Assembly: GCA_001275005.1 (NCBI GenBank)
Contig: JWZX01003359.1
Coordinates: forward strand, 1-48,504
Reading direction: 5' to 3'
Source: Chrysochromulina tobinii
Lineage: Eukaryota
DNA length: 48,504 nt
This document shows, piece by piece, positions 11,201-17,187 of the stretch; the stretch's first letter is position 1; every line of letters begins with the position of its first letter. Below the pieces are notes generated by a model. The model made no database searches and was not told the DNA's origin. It worked only from the letters and a program-made list of their open reading frames with translations. The position numbers and the translations under genes are program-made.

Positions 11201-13509
11201 TCCGCGCGCAGACGGGCATGCGCACGCAGGTCAACCTAATCATCGACCTGGTCAACAACCTCCTGGTGCTTGAGCGTACACTCTCGACGCTGACCATCTC
11301 GCTCACCTCGCAGCTGTACCAGACGCTCACCGAGCTCGTGCAGGGCCCGTGTCCGGGCAACCAGCGCTTCCTCATCGGCACGAACTTGTGTGACATGGCC
11401 GTGCGCTTCTTGCACGGTGCGTACAACGACTGCGAGCTTTCCAAGGTGATCGAGCTGAAAATGGACTGCCTCAAGCTGCTCCTCGCGATGGTCGAAGGGC
11501 AGCATTCGGACCTGATCCCGCGCCGCATCGCCTCGTCGCTCAACTTTCCAAAGCTCATCAAGGAGCAGGAGGACGCCTTCGAGCGCTCGCGCGCCATCGA
11601 AAAGGGATGGCCCCATAACGTGGGCGACATGGACAAACTCGAACAAGCATATCTGCATCTCGGCTTCTACTTCTTTCTGCTCGTCAAGACGCTCTCCAAG
11701 ACGGCGCCCTCGCTGCTCGAGTACTGCGAGGCGAAGGCGAAGAGCCACCAATTCTTTGCGGCGAATACCGGCGCGATTGAGATCGTACTCTCCGACAAGA
11801 CGCTCGAGGAGGTCTACTTCCCAATCCCCACGCTGTGCACGTGGCTCTCCGAGAATTCGATCGCCCTCCTGGAGCAGGAGGTCGACCGCACCACGCCGCA
11901 GAAGCGCGTGGAGGATTTCGTCAAGCGCTCCGAAGATCTGATCCATGAGATGGAGCACAACGAGCGCGTCTCGCACATCTGGCAGCTGCATCTCCTCGCC
12001 CAAGCCCGCGACAGGATCCGGACCGCCATGTTCGTCCTCTCGATCTTCATGAACTTCATCATCCTCGTGTTCACAGTGCCCGAGACGGTCTGCATCGAAG
12101 GGCCCGATCCTCACGGGATGGAAAAGTCCGGCACGTGCCTGCACGAAGGCGAGGGCCGAGGCGACGGCGACGGCTTGAGCGGCTACTGGGACGTGCAGTT
12201 CCAGCCGTATTGGCTCGGCTATGTCATCACGTTCCTCGGGGTGGTGCTCTCGACGCTCGCATTCGCGGCCCTGCTCGCGCACTGCATCTCGACGCTGCCG
12301 CTCACGCTGCGCTCTGCTTGGGCAGAGCGCGGCGTGAAATTCGACATTCAGGTCATTAAGGACAAGGACAAGAAGGACATCAAGATCAGTTTCAACATCG
12401 AGCCTCTCGAAGAGACGGCGAAGAAGAAGAAGACGACGAGCGACCTGATGAGGCAGAAGGAGCCCGAGGAGATCGAGCCGTCCTACTGTCTTGGCAAGCT
12501 TGACCTCGAGAGTAAGGACAAGGACATGAGCAATGAAAAGAGGGATGAGTACCTGAAGAAGTTCAAACGCTCGGTGCTGCTGCGCACGCCGATGCGCGTG
12601 CTCCTCGAGGATAAGATGTTCGCAGGCTATTACCTGCCGTACCTCACCCTGTGCGCGCTGGGGCTCTTCGCATCGCCCTTTTGCTTCGTCGTGACGCTCT
12701 TCGACATGGTCTACCGCTCGCCGCTGCTCCAGAAGGTCATCGAGTCCGTCACTGTCAACTCGGAGTCGCTCGCGCGCACCTTCATGCTGGTCGCCGTGGT
12801 GGTCTACCACTTCGCGCTGCTTGGCCAGCTCTTCTTCCGCGAAGACTACCAATGGCAATTCACCGACAGTGAAGGCAACGCGACGTCCGTGGACCTGTGC
12901 GCCACCACGATGGAGTGTGTCATGACGACCTTCTACCTCGGACTCTCGTACTCCGGGCTCGCGCAGGGCCTGGACGACGTACGCATCGAATGGCACGCGA
13001 ACCCGCAGACCGCACGCATCCGCTGGCTCGTCGATTTGCTCTTCTTCATCATCGTGATTGTGATGCTGCTGAACATCATCTTCGGCATCGTCATCGACAC
13101 CTTCGCGCAGCAGCGCGACCTTCAGGCGAAGACCAAGGAGAACATGGAGAACGTGTGCTTCATCTGCGGCATCGACCGCAACTCCTTTGACCGGAAGCAC
13201 CGCTTCGGCTACGATCACCACATCCACCACGAGCATAACAGCATGCACTACCTTGCCTTCCTCGTCCACCTGCGCACCAAAAACCGGGTCGAGTATACCG
13301 GCCCTGAGACGTACGTGAGTAAACTTCTCGAGCAGGGCGACCTTTCCTTCTTCCCGATCCTCAGGACCTCGACCATTGTCTACGAGGATGAGATCTCCAA
13401 CGAGCTCCTCCTAGAGAGCATTCGCGACTCACGCCAAACACTCCTTGCCGCGCAGGAGCGCATCGAGGCAGCTGTTGATGCGAATTCGGCCGCGTTGGCT
13501 CATATGTAG
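2281..13509 (+). CDS. Inositol 1,4,5-trisphosphate receptor / ryanodine receptor family Ca2+ release channel (~3740 aa; start uncertain)
   Basis: N-terminal LRIGDTIAL and TYGETIQLMHLKSRKY motifs; RIH-associated EGHYTEMQEYFRAQ...LTELVQGPCPGNQ; terminal helix FFIIVIVMLLNIIFGIVIDTF; C-terminal CFICG...HIHHEHN...YTGPETYV. First in-frame ATG is at 2281. A short upstream exon (ATG 2170..2198, then a GT..AG intron 2199-2243) is phase-compatible. Confidence 0.92.
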   Translation: MSMHKHDPDEPRLDPLLPGKSTVQLRIGDTIALCVQRDGKFCVISSEGFVELGSSLRELALSTTVPWTLLDCMWVVTQKHQYDAQRNLQRYRQKSSQQSLKQGDQKKVMSKSAMPLSVGDVAASAMSVSSRQARELQDAQRRAQTEFQAALLTERLSNAARNEEKRGMAITYGETIQLMHLKSRKYMVFNPKRRALAMGCYSVRLEAEGSDDAWLTVGPCYPFQFEGGAVYNHDMLTLHSVKRQLWLHCGASEAVDYLGEGGSSALGTAAASSNGPALAIADEVNAAPRGTALQLVVLRSCTAGSSAGASSGGGDGGHAPAAAAAAAAAAAAPTGESGPENPDGFESAIMSAMVPPADSHIRCGDIIALYHCDEQRHMMAKGTFNEGNASPNGNTGRSDALFAAGSSGDYASANALWQIQAPQGLCFDKVVSGKQSAGSPNAGYCLQHLASGRYLYAHPPNKPPRNQNALAAQAEADKVAAARTHGITGGIFGLSATASKDEVDRARRRGLGGMLADIASPVSTAREVAKAPAQRPEDIGSVLTAGVGKTGAGIGEALGAFGTGDVVGALGASTDTVVGLIGTLGTATQASIGAIGSATGDLLKTPLFNTSSQEKKDGPEDVDKDVDTEDSNEFGNRLVLSVAPLSVGPPSLFELHVSQTTAKTLQADALVRLRHIDSGGWVSTRKVSPKAVEGAEGVERGDVTPTAAGGNQPAVRCVVSSECYVRDGLIIERPTAVTNTFLAVAGVTHHLVAHAAELTAGRLTGAEARPFTIKCLQYLISYLKVDEQEAGHGGRVSTSFLQEVMRELGVLQALVTLLTVPFERLGTVAFHKLDTDKPLLPQSKVAAKLLYHCIAGNALSCTQINHAIPRLEPAARKGIGIGEVLQEVFAEVPVETAQIDFWLHLLAKARRGAGSEADYTGGAMILSLLHAFCYRLAQPVISNQNLIALKLILAPGSTLLDEVQFLEPGRFGLNPKTFSKDAEPTLVRRGDHIDQRLLAPAASRAGRSLRRSSSGVVMAAASGAVVTQASLEDFGADVIGGLALGGRGLAKGGKALLKISEKASIKGGERLRRTTLEINSVSALSPTSSGEPAGAATTTGVDGVTMAGVDAAGKQAAAAAPTASNDSQRFAKKFAHLKSDTPCSALASGPVSAPAQGTDQLNATQDPVVKKPSAFDEWTALRETLAPLPPPPADPSAWEGEEANSEVLRFRVLQEPALLCVVKRRRVLTAKGHAQEQLCLSPFDRSAVKARGSADQFGGWTPLSDLQGARNVELLEYYLNELRLLGGLVQGHNGLTVQTVRALYPFSLCMEIIREKSVACEVRAAVCILVRQLYVEAATRELRPYNQSVWDWDALLDCADGSALPPPEACLSRPPPLTDEMGEAEEGNLPAAQAKEAKATQDAKAVLPESPSGEFSGVKEVHNEVLAVAESVPEVVSSPPVKGLASLAGLLGGLRKKNAEAKLPSEETKRIDDTPLPAAQQLATEVSKYIERESQNTMINKMEMQFLGGMLDLAVHLLRYGQLNDLGLISRMFESAVNALAVPVERPIDDTDQTAREAFDSLLSCKSLLCQLLEALLEYRLHLRVGNVLRNLRLRVLGLPRQPRSLQSNVGQAAVPTQGKQHAKEKPPSTPVTSRAVSFASGVNGYERLLEEGAGGSVRNDAVASAVLAVSAPVDSSQGRAASPSRAGRLADEDKGIDIYEELSFANKFLEWGESEKIMTKALVQTATEARGCKPELVSEALRMLFAQFNQARLLFTAIQGVVLVKKPLSPAAARVANADAMKNLGNTLSGAASSTQWSGGIDDWTFLGRAANAAAAATATLEAEQQEKRFLAAETGRFLARKMIASALGPNERDEATTMARNIRVLKRIIGALRALASTDPMREAAIVLSNVAVAVHQLRLLCRTPHQRRLHRSFGAHEVVCEALRVLQQVEEGMSHGSTTGAVQTPSDEGSFKEKSSSGPMTPRLPAKELLAAREEAFDFLAAFCGSSLSDLAQAQGADAADAGGRISPSQSEIGETGSARLARSPAEIGEIGEIGEIGSAGSATSGEGSPTGSLHEGSRPASPTSTFGGKRSSLDSRAEPWCASPSVSVHSGGSVASASSSKEQPSTEVYGKDPQNQEALFPYFDLILDHMPRVRKATLCSRMVLDGNTRNCGSVTDAQLDKIVNLMIDKSGRYSWYLDVLLSLARGLPDADSSAAVKIMRKLVDVTPTGYLLILYSGAQGRERRALELASLKAELSQETSMVAFHHALVQLLAELAAGLANEVEMLVQSIVPLHEVCAHICDAFCPYAIRASFLVLLLEGYTVTALKVQSLVQSPAVWQVIAIFSAELKSLLECIAGHGDDEDRAQASLGLRDSSRGPSFFEAGLWFLVAFLEKHVSTEVLRADHVAALFSLQRISARMLGIEKARDRAARARAAGTPLAVKNMEESLKYAILSDEQRQKPEDPPKGVAKGGAKGGVKGGECNAANGAASSDSSGRSVRGRDPSAASAPVPAPEPPKSPTSTHAAVHLALSAPQRTLLSTILMALKDKGIGMGQSAWANAGLRMGISAVLKPHRKLDAKAAALAQKEAEMTKMVMTAVNRETRPDPNDVFAAVNEIVKEGKSGIAAADVAKLAAQKGATGAKKYIQGEIRQGDEDEVVSGVPVKLAEEEGSSRKEEDSSRKPYDDLLWIYDSDTGLEVVTKIGDALELVRSKIERWEEMDFREAVGVFREPRDAVRPLIDQLKMTNTSLTSGQNAVRDRAAIALVQDRCLRVLQALLKGDKGVNQTMQTRLNDMGVTQVMVRALGTSDSDQTFEAALELGTALLEGGNVRVQQTIYRELRDSGTNISLARLSQALNRQCLKIRTFFSEQEQALWYAKVLEPHLEQAREAWRSGRPFQSQSTQSLGRRGSTAALHQAVQATVAAGERQLAEAAAAEQRRRNPFQQRRPERSAGQRVNGERTKVIDLRLACKVLIFIECATEGHYTEMQEYFRAQTGMRTQVNLIIDLVNNLLVLERTLSTLTISLTSQLYQTLTELVQGPCPGNQRFLIGTNLCDMAVRFLHGAYNDCELSKVIELKMDCLKLLLAMVEGQHSDLIPRRIASSLNFPKLIKEQEDAFERSRAIEKGWPHNVGDMDKLEQAYLHLGFYFFLLVKTLSKTAPSLLEYCEAKAKSHQFFAANTGAIEIVLSDKTLEEVYFPIPTLCTWLSENSIALLEQEVDRTTPQKRVEDFVKRSEDLIHEMEHNERVSHIWQLHLLAQARDRIRTAMFVLSIFMNFIILVFTVPETVCIEGPDPHGMEKSGTCLHEGEGRGDGDGLSGYWDVQFQPYWLGYVITFLGVVLSTLAFAALLAHCISTLPLTLRSAWAERGVKFDIQVIKDKDKKDIKISFNIEPLEETAKKKKTTSDLMRQKEPEEIEPSYCLGKLDLESKDKDMSNEKRDEYLKKFKRSVLLRTPMRVLLEDKMFAGYYLPYLTLCALGLFASPFCFVVTLFDMVYRSPLLQKVIESVTVNSESLARTFMLVAVVVYHFALLGQLFFREDYQWQFTDSEGNATSVDLCATTMECVMTTFYLGLSYSGLAQGLDDVRIEWHANPQTARIRWLVDLLFFIIVIVMLLNIIFGIVIDTFAQQRDLQAKTKENMENVCFICGIDRNSFDRKHRFGYDHHIHHEHNSMHYLAFLVHLRTKNRVEYTGPETYVSKLLEQGDLSFFPILRTSTIVYEDEISNELLLESIRDSRQTLLAAQERIEAAVDANSAALAHM
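8321..8403 (+). repeat. GAGATTGGC 9-mer minisatellite within the IP3R-like ORF (encodes EIG repeats)
   Basis: Four tandem GAGATTGGC at 8368-8403 plus degenerate copies from 8323. Confidence 0.85.
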
Positions 13510-14031
13510 CGTCGGACGTGGAAATGCGTCTGGAGTGAGTTGGAATCTTGTCCTGTGTGTTTGTGCAGCGGTCCGTCGCACTCGAAGCAAAACCCCAAAG
13601 AGCGTCGCGTGGGAGTAGTCTGGTCCGGATTAGACACACGAAATCGAAAACCATCCCGAGCTTCCCGACAGGGCGCTTACAGGGCGCAGGAGGGCGCGGG
13701 GCCCCAGACCCCCGGCGGCGCCACCGAATAAATTAATTCTGCGTCCGGCGCCCGGACCCGGGGCGGCCGACTCCAACCGGCAAGCCACCGTGCGGTGGTC
13801 TCGCTTCGTTCCGTCTCGCTACGCTAGACTCGCTTTTCACGCGTCCAAACGCGTCCGCCGCGCGCCGGCGCCTTCTAAATCGAATAACAAAACTTAAACT
13901 AACCGCCCCGCGGGGCTAAGCGCTGGGTCCATACCTCGAGACCTCAAGGCTACGTATTTCTATATCTCCCCCTCTCAAGACTCTAAGGTGGGCGTCGTCC
14001 AGGAGCAGGGGGGGCCGCACGGAGACCGACA

Positions 14032-15297
14032 TTACTCAGACAAGCCCAAGGCCGCAGTGCTCGGCGTCGCTGAGCTCGCAACCCACGCGGGCCAGCCGAC
14101 GGCCTGCTCGCCCCTGCTCGGGTGGCAGCCGCCCCAGCGGCACGTATGGAAGTGAAGCTCGGCGACGCGTGGATTGAGCGCCGTCATGAGCACAGGGCTG
14201 CCGGATTGCCTCGTCGGGTCGTACCGGTAGAGGAGCGGCGGAAAGGCCGAGGGAGCGCCGGTGCCCATTAAGGCGCTCACACGCTTCCACGGCTCGACGA
14301 AACCCTGCTCCTTGGCGAGCTCCCGCAACTTCTTGTCGCCCAGGTTCATGTCGAGCACGACGGTCAGGTTTGATGGCGGCGCAAACGGCCGCCAGCCGCT
14401 GTCGAGCGAGTTCGAATGAACCTTGGTCCATGTTGCGTGGGCGAGCGTGACGTTGCGGGACACGCATCGAGTGAGCCACAGGCCTTGTACGGCCGCGCAG
14501 TCGTTAGGGCACTTGCCGTCACCCATGGCGGCGAGCCAGCGCCGCGGGAAGTCACACGTCGCTATCGAGTGCGCCAGGCTGATGCCCCGAACCTCGATCT
14601 CGTGCGTCGGCGCGGGCGCAATTGGACGCGCTCCAACCGGGCAACCTCGTTCCTTCGAGAGCGTGGCGTGCACGGCCTTGGCCGATAGCGTCGGATCATC
14701 TTCGAACTGGCCACCCCAGCAGCCGTCGCGAAGGTGGTCGAGGTCACCGTTGCCCGTCCAAGCCATCAACCCCCACCACAGAAGCCCGTCGGCATGCGGG
14801 AGCCGAGCTAACTCAAAGCGCAGCGCGGACAGGCTGATGAAGATGTCGTCCTCGGTTTTCGCCACGAAGCGTGCGTTGGGCCAGCTTTCCACGGCGTGAG
14901 CGAACCAAGCGTGAACGAGCTCGTGGCACCGGCAGAGCTGGAGTGGCCGAGGCTGCCGCTCCACCGCTGCCGCCGCCGCCGCCGTGATTGGCAACGGCAG
15001 ACCGAGAAGATCTCCGTAAACAGCACTTTCCTTGGCGAGTTCCTGAGCCACGTGCGCCGGGTCTAGATGCTGCTCATTCTGCGAGTCCAATCGGCGACGC
15101 GGTCTCCGCCTGTTCTTGTGAGTGGTCGCCGAACTTGGCGGCTCTGGGACCACGAATTTTACCACTATGTCCGACGGTTGTTCTTTCAGCCACGTTTGGC
15201 GTATCGATGCACGGTTTCTCATGGCAGATAAGGGATCACGTGTGGAGTGTTCAGAGGGCATGATGCCCACGACAATCATCGGGTGTGCTCGAGACAT
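14032..15297 (-). CDS. Glycosyltransferase family 31-like (beta-1,3-galactosyltransferase-like)
   Basis: IVVGIM...RASIRQTW...VKFVV...ESAVYGDLL...FVAKTEDDIFI follow the GT31 motif order including the DxD-type motif. Start placed at ATG 15297 because the longer ORF overlaps Eco1. Confidence 0.75.
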   Translation of the reverse strand: MSRAHPMIVVGIMPSEHSTRDPLSAMRNRASIRQTWLKEQPSDIVVKFVVPEPPSSATTHKNRRRPRRRLDSQNEQHLDPAHVAQELAKESAVYGDLLGLPLPITAAAAAAVERQPRPLQLCRCHELVHAWFAHAVESWPNARFVAKTEDDIFISLSALRFELARLPHADGLLWWGLMAWTGNGDLDHLRDGCWGGQFEDDPTLSAKAVHATLSKERGCPVGARPIAPAPTHEIEVRGISLAHSIATCDFPRRWLAAMGDGKCPNDCAAVQGLWLTRCVSRNVTLAHATWTKVHSNSLDSGWRPFAPPSNLTVVLDMNLGDKKLRELAKEQGFVEPWKRVSALMGTGAPSAFPPLLYRYDPTRQSGSPVLMTALNPRVAELHFHTCRWGGCHPSRGEQAVGWPAWVASSATPSTAALGLSE

Positions 15298-15514
15298 CGC
15301 CACAAAGGAGAAATGGCATATAATCACATTTGCAAAAGTGGTTCGCACATTATTAGACTTTTCTTTCCCTGGCCCCTGGAGGGGAGAATCCCAGTGCATC
15401 CAAATCGGAACGGGAAGAACTACTGTAAGGAGAACTGGAGAACTCCCGCGCTTCGCCGACTGTGGCTCGCCGGCAACATGGGCGTCCTCCACCGCGGCCA
15501 CACGCTGCTCGGCC

Positions 15515-16372
15515 ATGCAAAAATTCTTGTCGGGCAAGGCAGGTAGCCGTCGCCCGTTAGCGGCGTCGCGTGTCGACGCTCCGCCACGTGGATCAGCCGC
15601 CGCTGGCAGCGCATCGCGCAAGCGCAAAGCCGCTGCCGACACGCCACTTGCACAGACTTACATCGACTTGGGACAGAAAAGCTTTGCGCGCATTGTTGAG
15701 TGTCCTGTGTGTGGACTTGCGTACACGCACGGCGAGGAGGCGGACGAGGCGCTGCACAAGCGCCACCACCGCCGCGCAGTGCAAGGGGTTCACATCCGCG
15801 GCGTTCTTGCGCAGCACATAATTGGCAGCGAGCGCACCGACTGCACCAGGCTCATTGCTCTGAGCGAGGGTGATGGAGCCGAGGCGCGACGCAGAGTAAT
15901 CGAAGCGGCGGCGCTGCTCGATCCGGAGCTTGGTGCCAAGGATGTTTCGCCTGCTTTCCGTGCCGTCCTCTGCCTCGAGGCAACAGGCCGAGTGCGAGCC
16001 TTCGTGATCACCGAACCTCTCCGACGAGCATATCGCGTGGTGCCGCGCGAGACACCGATCGAACGTGACGCGGCCGAGACGGGACAGGGTGAACGGCAAG
16101 CTACGACGGCTGAGGCAAGCATCGATGTCAGCAGCGTGCTCGCGCACGACGGTGTGCCACAAGAGGTCATGTGCGGTGTCTCGCACGTGTGGGTCGAGCC
16201 GCAGTACCGGCGGCGCGGCCTCGCACGCATGCTCCTCGACGCGGCTCGTCAGCGTTTTGCCGTGGGCTTCGAGTTGCCTCTGGATCAGATTGCGTTCTCT
16301 GGACCCACTGCGAACGGCCGCCGCCTTGCGGCTGCGTATACTGGCACAGAGCGCTTTCTTGTGTACGATTGA
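15515..16372 (+). CDS. ECO1: Cohesin acetyltransferase Eco1/ESCO/CTF7
   Basis: QTYIDLGQ motif, C2H2 zinc finger CPVCGLAY...LHKRHH, GNAT motif CGVSHVWV..YRRRGLA, and IAFSGPTANG...FLVY C-terminus. Confidence 0.92.
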   Translation: MQKFLSGKAGSRRPLAASRVDAPPRGSAAAGSASRKRKAAADTPLAQTYIDLGQKSFARIVECPVCGLAYTHGEEADEALHKRHHRRAVQGVHIRGVLAQHIIGSERTDCTRLIALSEGDGAEARRRVIEAAALLDPELGAKDVSPAFRAVLCLEATGRVRAFVITEPLRRAYRVVPRETPIERDAAETGQGERQATTAEASIDVSSVLAHDGVPQEVMCGVSHVWVEPQYRRRGLARMLLDAARQRFAVGFELPLDQIAFSGPTANGRRLAAAYTGTERFLVYD

Positions 16373-17187
16373 CGGGGCGGGCGGGTGCGTTGACCGGACT
16401 CGGCGGCCGGGATGCCGTCGCGGCCGCGGGGCGGCGGGGACCAGGATCCCCGGGCGCGGGGGATGTTCCGTTCCGTTCGTGAGAGTCACTTCGCCTAACG
16501 TGCTGTATGCTGAGCGGTGAGCGCACCTTTGACCTTACCGATACCGTACGTACCGAGTACCATGGTAGACGTCTTCAGAGCGTCAGTACTCTCTCCACGC
16601 ACCACGGGCGGACGGACGAGTCGAGTCGAGTCTGTGGAACGACAGGTGCCGATAACTCGAGTGCTTTGTGCGATTGAACCTCTATAAGACAGTCGACACA
16701 CCACGCACGAGTGCGGCGGCGCGCAGCGAGAACTGCCCGAGAGACGCAGAGAGCTGCACGCCGCACGGATCGCCGTAGAAGAACGCCACCTGCCAGCTGA
16801 CTATGTGAAGCCGGCGTCCGTCGCGAGGCGAATTGAGAAATGGCGTGTCCAGCAGCCCCCTCGCGGCGAACCCGCCCCCTTGGCACACGGCACTGAACAT
16901 GATGCACCCCTGCCCTTAAGGCTGACTTGACCCTCGCGCCCGAGCCCCGGCCTGCCCGCCGCCCCCGGCCTGCCCTTCCCACCGCCTCGAACTACGCACG
17001 CGCCCCACCTCCCGACCCCCCTCGACGAGAGCCCAGCACGGCGCTGCGCCCTGTGGGGAACGCGAGCGCCGCGAGCGGGTCGGGCCCTGCCTCCGAGGGG
17101 TTGGCGTGAGTGTCCGCGCGCGCCGACGTCCGCGACTGCAGCGATGGACGCTCGCTCGCTCAGTGCGGCGCGCTCGGTGAGGCCCGC

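Noticed and set aside
11236..13269. 677-aa antisense ORF, and similar ones at 515-1291, 18272-19642 and 21838-22795
   Set aside because: Shadow ORFs caused by high GC3 codon bias on the opposite strand of clear genes; no recognisable motifs.
15122..15642. Apparent 5' overlap of the GT31 and Eco1 ORFs
   Set aside because: Both extensions start at non-ATG codons and lack homology-like content; the ATGs at 15297 and 15515 give a normal divergent pair.
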